Assembly (NCBI RefSeq): GCF_006345805.1
Contig: NC_043000.1
Coordinates: 11,098,001 to 11,162,000 of the forward strand
Origin: Octopus sinensis
Lineage: Eukaryota
Direction of reading: 5' to 3'
Length of the DNA: 64,000 nt
The number at the start of each line of letters is the position of its first letter. Positions within the stretch are counted from its first letter, which is position 1. Shown here piece after piece: positions 24,973 to 38,467 of the stretch. A model generated the notes under the pieces. The model was given only the letters and a program-made list of their open reading frames with translations. It ran no database searches and had not been told where the DNA came from. The position numbers were made by a program, and so were the translations under genes.

Positions 24973-26246
24973 GCTGATAACACACAGCATATGTCATTAT
25001 ATATGTTTCCATAATCATTTACAGATTATCTTCATCAGATGAAAAATATCAAAATATAAAATCGACTGAAATTATTACCAAAGGATAATACCACAACAAA
25101 GCAGAGGTAAAAATACAGCATAGTCTAAGAAGAAATATACAGATAAAATATGTTGGTAAAAATATATATACAGGTACGGCTACATGGCTAAAGGATCTCA
25201 CTTTGCAATCATAGGTTCAATCTCACTGCACAGCACCTTGGGCAAGTATCTTCTGCTATAGCTCCATAGCAATCAATGCCATGTGAATGAATATGGTAAA
25301 TGGAAACTGTATGGAAGCCCGTTATGTCAAAATAGACCTCACCAGTGCTGGTGTCACATGAAAAGCACCCAGTCCAATCTGTGAAGCAGTTGGTGATAGG
25401 AAGGACAACCAGCCATTAGAACCCATGTCAAAACAGTGCAGCTTGGTGCATTTCTCTGGCTTGCCAACTCCTGTCAAACCATCCAACCCATGACAGTATG
25501 GAAAACAGACATTAAATGGTGATGGTGGTGGTGATGATGATGATGACGATGATGATGATGATAACAATGATGATGATGATGATGTGTGTGTTTGTACCCC
25601 ACCCACTGCCTGGCAATTGGTGCTGGTTTGTTTACATCCTCATAACAGCAAAACAGATCTGATAGAATGAGTACCAGACTTTAAAAAAATCATAAATACC
25701 ATCCCTTTAATGTCCATGTTCTAAGCTAGCGTGAGCTGGACAATTTAACAGGAGCTGGCCAGGCTCCAATTGTCTGTTTTGTCAGGGTTTCTATGGTTGG
25801 GTGCCCTTCCTAACACCAACCACTTCACAGAGTATTCTGTGTACTTTGTGTTTGTGTCTGTCCCTACCACTGCTTAATAACTAGTGTAAGTACTGGGGTC
25901 AGTTTGTTCGACCAAGCCCTTCAAGGTGGTGCCCAAGCATGGCTGCAGTCTAATAGCTTAAAGTAAAAGATGAAAAATAGAAGAAAGAATTCTAAAAACC
26001 TGTTTTGGTTGCCTTTTACAACAGGCACGGGAAATGGCCTGTTCCTTGTCATGTGAGGCTCCACACAGCAATAGCGTAATACAATAAATGTAATAACACA
26101 ATGTGATGAAATACTAGCCTATTGTACATAACATGATATGATGAAATACTAACTTATTTCATGAAACACAATATGATGAAATAGTAAGATAGATAACACC
26201 ATATGATGAAATCCTTTATCTTTAAACTTCCTTCATTTGCTTAACT

Positions 26247-27123
26247 CAGGGTTTGATAATTTGGGGCCTTTTATCTTGCAGCCCACTTGATACTGTCTTG
26301 AAGTAATTGTGTTTAATTTCAAAATAAAATTTTTAAGTGGCAATAAAACAATAGCCTACAAAGTAGCTTGCTTACCAAGCACATGGTTCCGGGTTCAGTC
26401 CCATTGCGTAGCACCTCGGGAAAATGTCTTCTACTATAGCCTCAGGCTGAAAAAAGCCTTGTGAGTGGATTTGGTAGATAGAAACTGAAAGGCAGCGAGC
26501 TGGCAGAAACATTAGCACGCAGGGAAAAAATGCTTAGCAGTATTTCGTCTGTCATTATGTTCTGAGTTCAAATTCCACCGAGGTCAACTTTGCCTTTCAT
26601 CCTTTTGGGGTCGATAAATTAAGTACTAGTTATGCACTGGAGTCAATGTAATCGACTTAATCCATTTGTCTGTCTTTGCTTGTCCCCTCTATGTTTAGCC
26701 CTTTGTGGGCAATAAAGAAATAAGAAACTAAAAGAGGCCCGTCATATATATATGTATGTGTGTGTATATGTTTGTATGTCTGTATTTGTCACCGCAATAT
26801 TGCTTGACAACCAATGCTAATGCGTTTATGTCCCCATAACTTAGTGGTTCAGCAAAAGAGACTGATAAGATAAGTACTAGGCTGACAAAGAATAAGTCCT
26901 GGGGTAAATTTGTTTGACTAAAGGTGGTGCTCCAGCATGGCCGCAGTCAGATGACTGAAACGAGCAAAAGCATAAAAGAAAAAAGAATAAAGAAAAAATA
27001 CGAAAAATCCTTGATTCTGTAATTTGATTATTTAACTATTAGTGTATAAAGTATACAAGCGGCCCTCAAAAAACTTTCTGTGGTTAAAGTGGCCCACAAT
27101 TTAATTCAAGTTGGCTAGGCCTG
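26247..27123. mobile_element. hAT-like MITE interrupted by SINE A (26361-26990), itself interrupted by SINE B (26491-26723)
   Basis: Outer ends caggg..ggcc / gtggccc..caagttggctaggcctg; SINE B flanked by agaaactRaaag duplication. Confidence 0.6.
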
Positions 27124-27191
27124 GTTTAACTGCACCCATGCTAGTGTACCATGCTGAAGGGTTTAGTTCAACAAATTAACTCCAGTACTTA

Positions 27192-27597
27192 TCTATAATA
27201 TAAATTGGACATGGGCGATCATTGTATTCTCTCTTGTCTTGAGGTTCACAGCCAAACGGCTGGGTGGATTCGCGTGTAAAATGGCACACATGTAGAGACA
27301 GGTGCATGATTGGAATGCAGTTTGTATTTTTTTCCTAATCCCTATACTTACCGAGAAAATCAATTAAAACCTTTTCTAATGGAATTTCCCTCTTTCTGCC
27401 ATTAAAACAATCAGTAGCTTAGAAGCTGTTTTCTGACGGGGTGGGGTCAGGAAATTTTCATATAGTTGGAGGCTCCAATCGAAACAGGGGACCCGAAATG
27501 ATAAGGTTGACAAAAGCTGTTATAGATTATACCTAACCAAAAACGATCACAGCCACATCATCCAAACAGACCGGGTGAAACTGGGCTTAGCTGCTAG
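27192..27597 (+). mobile_element. Non-autonomous Helitron-like element inserted in a SINE remnant
   Basis: A|TCTATAATATAAA start; ccgggtgaaactgggc hairpin then gctgCTAG|T. Confidence 0.65.
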
Positions 27598-27933
27598 TTA
27601 TCTTACAAGTCTGATGCTTGTTCAATTGGTTCTCTTTTGTCAAAGCACTAAGTTACAGAGACATAGACAAACCCAAGACTACATGTCAAACAGTGATGGG
27701 GGACAAACACAAACTCAGAGACACACGCTTGACAAAGATTAATAAGACAATGATAAGAAAGATTAAAAATGATTTTAAAAAATAATCACAACAGTAACAT
27801 TATTGAGAATCGTATTTAAGACAAATATTTATTATCTTAGAAATGTAAAGAATGTAAGCATTGGTGTGACTGAAGCTTGTTTCCCAACCATGTGGTCTTG
27901 GGTTCAGCCCCACAGCACAGCACTTTGGGCTTG

Positions 27934-28316
27934 TACTTGTTTCAGTCATCTGACTGTGGACATGCTGGAGCACCACCTTTTAGTCGAGCAAATCAACCCC
28001 AGGACTTATTCTTTGTAAGCATAGTACTTAGTCTATTGGTCTCTTTTACCGAACCGCTAAGTTACGGGGACGTAAACACACCAGCATTGGTTGTTAAGCG
28101 ATGTCGGGGGGACAAACACAGACACACAAACATACACACACACACATATATATACGACGGGCTTCTTTTAGTTTCCGTCTACCAAATCCACTCACAAGGC
28201 TTTGGTCAGCTTGAGGCTATAGTAGAAGACACTTGCCCAAGGTGCCATGCAGTGGGACTGAACCTGGAACCATGTGGTTGATAAGCAAGCTACTTACCAC
28301 ACAGCCACTCCTATAC
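27934..28316 (-). mobile_element. SINE family A
   Basis: Near-consensus copy. Confidence 0.9.
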
Positions 28317-28667
28317 CTATATATATAATTGTAGTTGGGATACCTGTGCCAATGGCATGTAAAAAGCACCATCTGTACGTGGCCGATGCCAGTGCTGCCT
28401 TGACTGGCTTCCGTACCGGTGGCACATAAAAAGCACCAACTGATCATGACTGTTGCGAGCCTCCCCTGGCACCTGTGCTGGTGGCACGTAAAAAGCACCC
28501 ACTATGCTCACGGAGTGGTGGCGTTAGGAAGGGCATCCAGCTGTAGGAACACTGCCAGATCAGACTGGACCTTGGTGCAGCCTCCTGGCTTCCCAGACCC
28601 CGGTCGAACCATCCAACCCATGCTAGCATGGAAAACGGACGTTAAATGATGATGATGATGATATATA

Positions 28668-28830
28668 TACGATGGGGTGCTGAAAAGTTCCTGTCTTTCA
28701 GTAAAAGAAAATACAGGTGTATCAGTTAATCATGGTTTTATTCAACATGTTGCCCACTCAGAACCACACACTTGTTGCAGTGGTCCTTCAATATTTTTAA
28801 GCCCTGTCAAAGATCTCAGACCTTTCGCAA
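28668..28830. mobile_element. Mariner-type terminal fragment
   Basis: TA-cgatggggtgctgaaaagttcc TIR-like start. Confidence 0.5.
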
Positions 28831-29679
28831 TACTCCTTAAAGTGCATATTTGGATATGTATATATGTATATGAAAATATTTATTCATGAGTGGATATAAG
28901 TATAGGTTTTATTTGTACGTATGAGTGCGCAGACATATATTTAAATATGTATATATGTGTAATCGAATGTTCCCTGATACAGTATATGAGATTGTATTAA
29001 TATCTATGAGTATATGCGGATGTGCGGGTGAGTGTGTGTGTTAGTGTATAGACACTGCGGCCTGTACTGATTTGTCTATAAGCCATGCGATGACAGACAT
29101 GCACTCTGCAATCTAGTGAATGTGTAGTGATGTGTCGGGGTTTACTCATGTGTGTGTGCATGTGTGTGTGGATCTTTATGTGGACGTGTGGGTTTAGGGT
29201 TGGATGTGGACGTGTATGTTTTTCTTGTGCGGTGTGGGGGCGGCTCTCAACGGACCAACCATGAGGAAGACAATGATAATTTAAATTCAAATCCAATAGT
29301 GTATTTATGTCATAAGGAAAATTACTAAATGGAACCTGGACATACATATGTGCCACTTTGGATCCTAACGTAAGCGATATTAACAATATTATGAATGATA
29401 ATGATGGTAGCATTAATGGTATTGACAACGATAATGATGCTAACTTTAATGACACTTTGGAAATTAGTAGGAAGTAATATAATGTACGATTGACTATGTA
29501 TATTTGCATATAGGTACTAATATGTGTATGTTTATTATCACAATATTAAGTTGAAAAACTGAAACATTGAATGTGGAACATATATATGTTTACTAATTTA
29601 TATTATTTATTTACATTATTATGTATATGTATATTTTTATATGTATAGGAGTGTGAGTATATGCACTCATATGTATATG

Positions 29680-29812
29680 TATATCTCCAAAGAGGCCTTA
29701 TGATATTTTTGTAAATGTCTCATTTATATCCATATATTGACCTACCATAAAAGGCCAATATTGGTAAAATGAGACATACTTATCTACATGGCCGAAACAG
29801 CTGTAAGATGTA
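29680..29812 (+). ncRNA. Degenerate type I hammerhead ribozyme (Penelope/retrozyme type) with extended helix II
   Basis: Helix I tatatct/agatgta; core ccaaaga (vs CUGANGA); helix II ggcc..ggcc; GAAA-c-agct-g-UA palindromic helix III; internal arms atgtctcattt/aaatgagacat. Confidence 0.6.
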
Positions 29813-30322
29813 ATCTATACTTATATTTATATTTACTTATATTTATATTCTCTTTTTTATATATATTCTACTTATTATACAACATTACTCTTTTATGTAC
29901 ACTTTTTTATGTACATTCTTTTGTGTACACTGATTTGTTCTGCTTTTTTATGTTTAACCCTACAGTCTCTTATGTGGTGGTTTAATAAAGTATGTGATTG
30001 AGTATTATCTGATAATTGATATTTGATTTAGATGTATTTCTCCATTTTCTTATCTTGTATATATATATATATATATATATCATATATATATTATATATCT
30101 ATGATCGTTGCCAGAGCACGTAAAAGGGTATTATCAATTTTTTTCAACAATCTAAGTATGTCACAAAGCTTCTAGACATGAGTTCTACTCAGGTGTCAAG
30201 TTTCATCAAAATCAATAAAACGATGTAGCTAACAACGCCACAAAAACATACACAACGATTTTCCAGCCTTAGTCAAACCGTCCAGCCCGTGCCAGCATGG
30301 ACAACAGACTTATGATGATGAT

Positions 30323-30391
<69 letters not shown>

Positions 30392-30395
<4 letters not shown>

Positions 30396-30507
30396 GTTCT
30401 GTATAAAGGTTTCTGAAGATTTGGCAATGTTTTCATTGTGTAATTTACAGTTTTTGGTTTATGAAATGTACGTAAGATGGCGTAACTAAATGTCTTTTGT
30501 TTCATTA

Positions 30508-30572
<65 letters not shown>

Positions 30573-30660
30573 CATCTTACATACATTTCATAAACCAAAA
30601 ACTGTAAATTACACAATGAAAACATTGCCAAATTCTCAGAAACTTTTATACAGAACATTA
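30392..30660. repeat. ~92-bp inverted duplication around a (CT)n(AT)n microsatellite
   Basis: 30392-30483 is the reverse complement of 30569-30660 with few mismatches. Confidence 0.85.
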
Positions 30661-30866
30661 CTAAATTGTTGGATTATTGAAAGAAGTAACCATATCTTTT
30701 GGAAGGCTATTTCTGCCCAAAAAGTTCAACAATCTAGTTTATGAAAACTTGATAACATATTTCGATTATGCAATTTAAACTATGTAACAAATGATGATGA
30801 TGATGATATAACAAATAATTATTTTTTGTCAATGCAATACATGTAAGATGGTATAATTAAATATCT

Positions 30867-31289
30867 GGCGATCTTTCGTCTCTAGTAGACCTTTCCGTCG
30901 ATTTCCGTAAAAAAATATTTTTTTTACATATGGGCTTGCGGGAACTTTTGAAGTAATATACATACATATACACATACACCGAGTAAAAAATTTCAGTTAT
31001 CTCTTTCTTTCACACATTACTCTGTCTCTTCACACACACTAACAGAAGCACTTCAGTTACACAACATACTGTCTGTCTCCCACACCCCATCAAACACACA
31101 CACACACACACATGTACATCAATGGTTGCCATGCACGGTAACTTCAAAAGAACTTCCCTCGTCATAAAATGGCTTTCTCTTAGTCTCTTTCGCTTTCATT
31201 ACTTCAAAAGTTCCCGCAAGCCCATATGTAAAAAAAAAAAAAATTTTACGGAAATCGACGGAAAGGTCTACTAGAGACGAAAGATTGCC
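30867..31289. mobile_element. MITE with ~92-bp TIRs and 8-bp TSD (Merlin- or Mutator-like)
   Basis: GGCRATCTTTCG..CGAAAGATTGCC termini; TSD aaatatct at 30859-30866 and 31290-31297. Confidence 0.8.
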
Positions 31290-31804
31290 AAATATCTTAT
31301 AAACAATCTCTCATGTTTTATTTTAATTTTTACATGTACTCTGTGGCATTGATATTAGTTTATCTTTGACTAACGTTATGAAAAACACTTGTACTGTTTG
31401 ATAAAAGGAGATAATTTTATAATTCACAGTTAATGTGCACAGAAGCCTGTTGGAATTTCACTAACTTTGTGTGTCTTGCTCATTTTCAAACTATATTTTG
31501 ATGTAGATTTGTTAAAAAAAAATCTTGGTTAATTTTTACAATGCTGAAAAGAGTGTACATTCATGGAAAATCTCAAGAAAGACTGCATTTTTTATTTTGA
31601 TCTTTTACTTATTTCAGTCACTCGACTGCAGCTAGGGACTGCACCTTGAGGAATTTTAGTTGAGCGAACTGACCTCAAAAGTTATTTTTTAAAAACCTGT
31701 TACTTATTTTATCAGTCTCTTTTGCCGAATCACTAGGTGACAGGGACATAAATACACCACCACTCGTTGTCGAGCGGTGGTGGAGGACAAACACAAACAC
31801 AAAG

Positions 31805-31850
<46 letters not shown>

Positions 31851-32661
31851 GATGCGCTTCTTTCAGTTTCCGTCAACTAATTTCACTTACAAGGCCCCAC
31901 GCAATGAAACCAAACCCGAAACCACACAGTCACGCCTTTAAAACTATTGTATGCACAGGACAGATGGAATCGCTGTGTTTCCAGTGTTTTTTTTGCGGTG
32001 AATGGAAGAAGAATGGATAGTGAAGTCCAGTTCCAATCACAAAGACAAAGGATAAATCATCATCATCATCATCATCGTTATTGTTGATATTTGGGACGGA
32101 GGTAAAAAAAGGGTAAAATTTCTCTAATCTTTTACGGCTACATTTGCTATACGACATTCCTGTGCTATTCCCTTTGCTAAATCTTCTTTTGCCCAATAAT
32201 ATAATATATCAATAATTTGTTCACTGAGTTTTTTTGTTTTTTTTCCCTTGTGAAAATTCCGGGGGGGGGGGGTTACCCCCCCCCTTTCCGGAGCAATTCC
32301 GGACCAAAATATGGGATTTGCAGCATATTAGGAGGTCAGGGTACTTGATTCCACGCAAAAAATCCGAGTTTTTTTTTTTTTTTTTCTTAGTGAAAATCGT
32401 GCGGGTGTTAATCTGTAATTTTACCAAAAATGCACACCACCCGTTTTCGGCGTAACCCTAACCCTAAACATCGGGTGTGCGTATTCTTTACCTTCACCGA
32501 TATTTGGTATGATTAGGTAACTTTTTATCAAGTCAGAAATTTTTTTTTAAAAAGGTGTAGGACTATGTTGTAAGTAGCTTTTTTGTGCGTATTCTTTACC
32601 TTCACCGATATTTGGTATGATTAGGTAACTTTTATCAAGTCAGAAATTTTTTTTTAAAAAG

Positions 32662-33005
32662 GTGTAGGAGTGGCTATGTTGTAAGTAGCTTGTTTACCAA
32701 CCACATGGTTGCGGGTTCAGTCGCACTGCGTGGCACCTTGGGCAAGTGTCTTGTGAGTGGATTTGGTAGACGGAAACTAAAAGAAACCCGTCGTATATAT
32801 GTGTGTGTGTGTGTATTTGTGTGTCTGTGTTTGTCACCCCCCCCCCAACATCGCTTGACGACCGATGCTGTTCGGCAAAAAAAGACCGATAGAAAATAAG
32901 TACTAAGCTTACAAAGAATAAGTCCTTCGGTAGATTTGCTCGACTAAAGGCGGTGCTCCAGCATGGTCACAGTCAAATGACTGAAACAAGTAAAACAATA
33001 AAAGA
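32662..33005 (+). mobile_element. SINE family A with internal deletions
   Basis: Consensus match, CpGs retained; preceded by ~107-bp tandem duplication 32476-32690. Confidence 0.8.
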
Positions 33006-33486
33006 GTATATTGCTACTTCTTACTACTAAAGAATCCGCTTTTACTTTTCATAACAGTTTCTGATTTGCATTTCAAAGCATCTGATTGGATGTTCGTTGA
33101 AGTTGGCTGCAAAACTTGTTCAATTAAAAATTTATCGAGCGAAGCTGATAAAATACGAAGCCACAATTTTAAATGTAATAGTACAAATGGCCTAAATCTG
33201 AGCTGACAAATGCAAACTTTGTGGTAATTTTTATGAATACACCAAACTGAAAAGATGTTAAAAGTAAAACGATTCGTTATTTGATACCTAGTCGGAGGTG
33301 GAGCAAGAATGAAAACGTGTGATATGCGTCTTCTTTAACACTGTTTTCAGTTCAATGAACTGCAGTTATGCTGGTCAATGACTATGACAGGTTTAGATTA
33401 AATCAACCTTAGTAATCACTTTCAAGTTAGGAATTATACTGTCGTTCCCTTATTACTGAACCACGGAAGTACGGAGACATATATAT

Positions 33487-33855
33487 ATGGAAGCACTCCG
33501 TCGGTTACGACGATGAGGGTTCCGGTTGATCCGATCAACGGAACAGCCTGCTCGTGAACAACACTCCACAGACACGTGTACCCTTAACGTAGTTCTCGGG
33601 GATATTCAGCGTGACACAGAGAGTGACGAGGCCGGCCCCTTGAAATACAGGTACAACAGAAACAGGAAGTAAGAGTGAGAGAAAGTTGTGGTGAAAGAGT
33701 ACAGCAGGGATCACCACCATCCCCTGCCGGAGCCTCGTGGAGCTTTTAGGTGTTTTCGCTCAATAAACACTCACAACGCCCGGTCTGGGAATCGAAACCG
33801 CGATCCTACGACCGCGAGTCCGCTGCCCTAACCACTGGGCCCATTGCGCCTCCAC
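33487..33855 (-). mobile_element. tRNA-headed SINE family E, with TSD
   Basis: Near-identical to 41915-42288 and 52495-52880; head gtggaggcgcaatggcccagtggttagggcagcgg..gtttcgattccc; TSD tacggagaca. Confidence 0.9.
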
Positions 33856-34187
33856 TACGGAGACAAACAGACACCGGCAGTGAAGCAATGAGAGTCGCAC
33901 TGCGCGCGAGCGCACACAAACATTCATTCATACATACATGCATGCATGCATACATACACACATACGACGGCTCTCGCACGATTCTCATCCACTAAATTCC
34001 CTCACAAGTTAATAAACGGTCCATGTTATAAAAGACACTTGGGCGAAATTTCGCCGACACTTGCACTCACGCAAGTCATGCCATTAAATGGATCGAATGG
34101 AAAATGTGTGTCTCTTCGCAGAGCTAATTTCTTGTGATAAGAAGATATCCCTCTGCACGGTGTAGATATACCGTAAGTTTATATATC

Positions 34188-34382
34188 TATTTCTTTATTG
34201 CCCACAGGGGGCTAAACATAGAGGGGACAAACAAGGACAGACAAACGGATTAATTCGATTACATCGACCCCAGTGCGTAACTGGTACTTAATTTATCGAT
34301 CCCGAAAGGATGAAAGGCAAAGTCGACCTCGACGGAATTTGAACTTAGAACGTAACGGCAGGCGAAATACGGCTACGCATTT
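34188..34382 (-). mobile_element. SINE family B
   Basis: Consensus match. Confidence 0.85.
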
Positions 34383-34422
34383 ATATATCACCACCACAAC
34401 CGGGACAAAAATCGAATGCGTT

Positions 34423-34589
34423 GAAAACACCATAATTTTGAAGAAAAGTAAATTATATCTATTTGCTGTTAATCGGTCTAACTCTTAACATTCGATAGAT
34501 ATTACTTTCGAAAACACCATAATTTTGAAGAAAAGTAAATTATATCTATTTGCTGTTAATCGGTCTAACTCTTAACATTCGATAGATAT
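34423..34589. repeat. 87-bp period direct tandem duplication
   Basis: gaaaacaccataattttgaag...cattcgatagatat twice. Confidence 0.9.
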
Positions 34590-35763
34590 ACTTACGTATA
34601 TTCTTAATATCCACGCATTATTGACATTAATCACGAATATAAATCACAAAATATTTAGTGGATCCAGCAATGATCATAAGAATATCACACTTGATAGATG
34701 CTTTATTAGCACCTACCAGACACTCTTCTATTTGTCGCTCCTTATCAATATTTTCCATGTTGTAGGAAAACACCTGCTATTGACAAGGTAAAAACTATTT
34801 TCTGGGAAGCACCAAAAAACACGAGACGACCACGGCCGAAACGGCTATGATCATAAGCTGATCTGAGGTAAACACACACACACACACACACACATTACTG
34901 TTAGGAGATTAAGATATTCTCTTCATAATCACAAAATTGCGGGGACGATCCAGCGGCACAATTCTTCGGGTTTTCAAGTTTTTTGTGAGTGAAAAGAATC
35001 GGCTGGAGCCTGTCAGATGGCCTTGTACCTATACACACAAGGGTTCAGCCTTGTCACACAGGACAATAAAATAGTACCAGTAATATAGATTAATCTAATC
35101 AGTGAGTAATTCTGTTGAATCGAACCATTGGAACACCAATTCGTTAAAATTTCTACATGGATATACAATACAAAGAGGTAAAATGCGCAATAGTTAGTGC
35201 ATTTTCCGGATGGTATTATATTTCTATAGAGTGCCTTTTTGGTCTTTATATCTCGGCTACGTCTTGGTGCGTGTATAGAAAATATCAGAAGTGGTTGGTA
35301 TGTGAAGTGTTGTGGCTAAAATATAACCTAGAAGGAGACATATTACAGGGTAGATGTTGGATACATAGGAATTGAGTAAAATATCGAAAGTTGAAGGGCG
35401 AGAGATTAGAAACGGGGACAGTTTGGTGGAAACAGTTATGGGGAAAGGAGTGAGTAAAAAAGGTGAGGTGGAAAAGGACAGATATGTGAGAGAGAGAAAC
35501 TAAAAGTCATTAGCGAAGTAACGGAAGAAAGAAAGGGGGGCGGAAAAATTAGGGAAACAATTAAGAAGCATGTATATTGACATAAAAAGTGGAGAGTGAT
35601 CTTATTAGGGTCGCAAAATATCAATAAATTATTAAATCAATAAAAGATGTGACGCTTTTCTGTGAACAAATGTTATATTTTGAATAGGAGAGATTTTTTT
35701 TCTCTTTTGTACTTTTCTGGGATTGTCTGGGTTTTTTTTAGTACTTTTATGCGGGAGTCACAT

Positions 35764-35828
<65 letters not shown>

Positions 35829-36216
35829 GTGAGTGTGTGAATTAAGATAGCGATGTTTACAGAATGATATTAAAGAGAGCAGTATATGAGGAAAGAAACA
35901 TAATCTTTGACAGAAAAGATCTCTATCTTTCTCTGTCTTTCTTTTATCGCTCTCTTGATTCACACACGGATAGATAGATAGATAGATAATAGATTAAAAG
36001 AGGGAAATGGAGGATATGCTCAATTACGTGTATTATTGGATGAAGGAGGGAAAAAAAAGGAAAGATGATCAAAATTGATCTAAAGGACGAAGTGAGAAGA
36101 TGGAAATGTAACAGACGACAGACGGAAGCCCCGATTCATCAAGATAATTAGAGAAATAAATAGAGAAAGGAACTAACAATCAAACAAAACCAGAGGAAAA
36201 TAAAATAGTTACTTAC

Positions 36217-36410
36217 GAAGATGAAGATATTAGAAGTTCCGAGGAGACTCGTAACTAAAAGATAAGACCGAAAATAAAAGCATAGCCGCCACCCTGAGGA
36301 TGGCTGGAAGCGAAATAAAGTGTAATTCGACGACGCTCCAAGTAAAGTGCGATCAGTTGTGCGCATGCGTATGTCGTGGAGTACAATGCATGGTACTGGA
36401 ATTGCGGCTG
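36217..36410 (-). promoter_or_regulatory. Candidate promoter and first exon of a minus-strand gene
   Basis: CpG-rich unique sequence; NRF1/ewg-like tgcgcatgcg at 36360-36369; consensus donor TTC|GTAAGT (acttac 36211-36216). Confidence 0.5.
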
Positions 36411-37178
36411 CTGTTGTAATGATGAAAATAGATCGGGAACTTGTTGGTACAGCGGGCTGTGGTGTTTTTCTTTTTGTTAATGTTTAGTTCAAGTCTGACC
36501 CAGCAAAGCTATTAATAAAGGCATTTTAGCCATAACCACCTAGTTTTTTTCTGACACAGTGTAACACAGGTAACGCGCTTCGCTTTTTTTTTTATAAATG
36601 AAGTATTAACTTCTATTTCTAGCAGGTCGTGTGCGAACACGTGTAGGTTCATAATGGTGTTTAGTCCCAGGCCGGTCCTGATCCAGCAGACTTGTTGATC
36701 AATGACATTTCATCAGAAGCTATGTAGAAGATTATGTAGCTAAGGGCTACATAATCTAATAAGTCCCCCTTTCTACTAAGAGTAGAATTTAATTTGAGTG
36801 AGATGTAGTTATTATTTCCAGTGGGTCGAGCGTCCACATTGACTCTAGTTTTTATTAGTGATTACATAACAAAGAAAAGATGAAGGAGCCATCTAAATTA
36901 AATGGATGCAACCATTTAGAGTGGCCACTTCGTGATCGGTCGGCCTGAGAGAAATAGCACACAAATTTCCTTCAAACATTCTCGAAGGGTACATTACAAA
37001 ATAATAGTCCTGGATGATAAACTAAACCCGAAAATAAGACGAACTGGCCATAGCTAGAATGCCTCTATTCAAAGCCTACTCAATGTTAAATAAAAACAAA
37101 CTTTCTCTTTTCTAATTTTCTTTTTGTTTGTTTTTGTAAAACTCTTTCTTCCCCCCCCTCCCCCCTCTCTCTCTCTCG

Positions 37179-37214
<36 letters not shown>

Positions 37215-37373
37215 GACGTATATGTATAAACGGAGATTATTTGCTAAGACAAGCGAATCTCTGATTTAGAAAAAGGGGTATTAATTTGTAGTTGTATGTA
37301 CAAGTTGTATATACATATGATACCGGAGACGGGAGGGTTATACAAAGCTGTTGGTGTGTGTGTGTATGTAAAG

Positions 37374-37677
<304 letters not shown>

Positions 37678-38238
37678 TTTCTTTATTAGCCACACAAGGC
37701 TTGTCACAGACGGGACAAATTACAAAGTAGAGCTTTTCTTTTTGGGGAGAAATATAAAGTGGGGTAGGTTTTCGATCAAAAGGGATCGTAGAAAGGAAAA
37801 AAAAAGAAAAGAAAAAAAACGATCAATAGGGATCGAGTATCACAGAAATGTCATGATGTAAAGTGTAAAGGGGGAAGCAGATAAGGTTTACAGCCACGTA
37901 GCCAGCCGATTGCAACTGGGGGTGCTGAACAGGGGTACGGACAAAAGCTCCTACTTAAAGTGTGAAAGTGGACAAAAGCCCCATGCAAATTTTTTTCGAT
38001 TATTTTTTTCGTTTATTTATTATTTTTTTTCACTTCTAACCTGTTCAAAACTTCTGATATATTTTGTTTTTATTTTCATTTTACTTGTTGCAATCATCAA
38101 ACTGAGGCCATGTTGGGGCATAACCTCGAAGAATTTTTAGTCGAATGTATCGACTCCAATATTTTTTTAATGATTTTCAACAAGCACATAGTTAAGCCTA
38201 AAAGGTCTTTCTACATGCTAGAGATAACAGCCAAATCT

Positions 38239-38460
38239 TTAAACATTATTTTTGTATAATTTCAAATAAACATCGACCACGAGGCTGACAGTGTGTCTTC
38301 TCAACAATTCGATGATTTCGTTTTGCATTGCTGCTGAGGTGTAGATCGCATTTTTTGGACTCGTGCTGTAACATTCCATTAGCTTTGAGTCTTTCTCCAA
38401 TGTGTTCTGGAATGATTTCATAAAAATACCACAAGACTACATATCATCTTCCGAATAAAG
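38239..38460 (-). mobile_element. hAT (ZMYM1/DUF4371-like) transposase fragment
   Basis: ..SPKNAIYTSAAMQNEIIELL.. matches the NA.Y.S..IQNEII motif of this family. Confidence 0.65.
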
Positions 38461-38467
38461 ATCCTGA

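Noticed and set aside
26095-26212. Four RTGATGA motifs as snoRNA C boxes
   Set aside because: Degenerate tandem repeat; no matching D boxes or terminal stems
33535-33720. Repeated small protein MVVIPAVLFHHN.. (also 41965, 52544)
   Set aside because: ORF lies inside SINE family E copies with tRNA heads and TSDs; no evidence of coding function
36293-36325. Hammerhead-like ctgagga..gaaa..gta
   Set aside because: Helices I-III do not pair convincingly; likely chance
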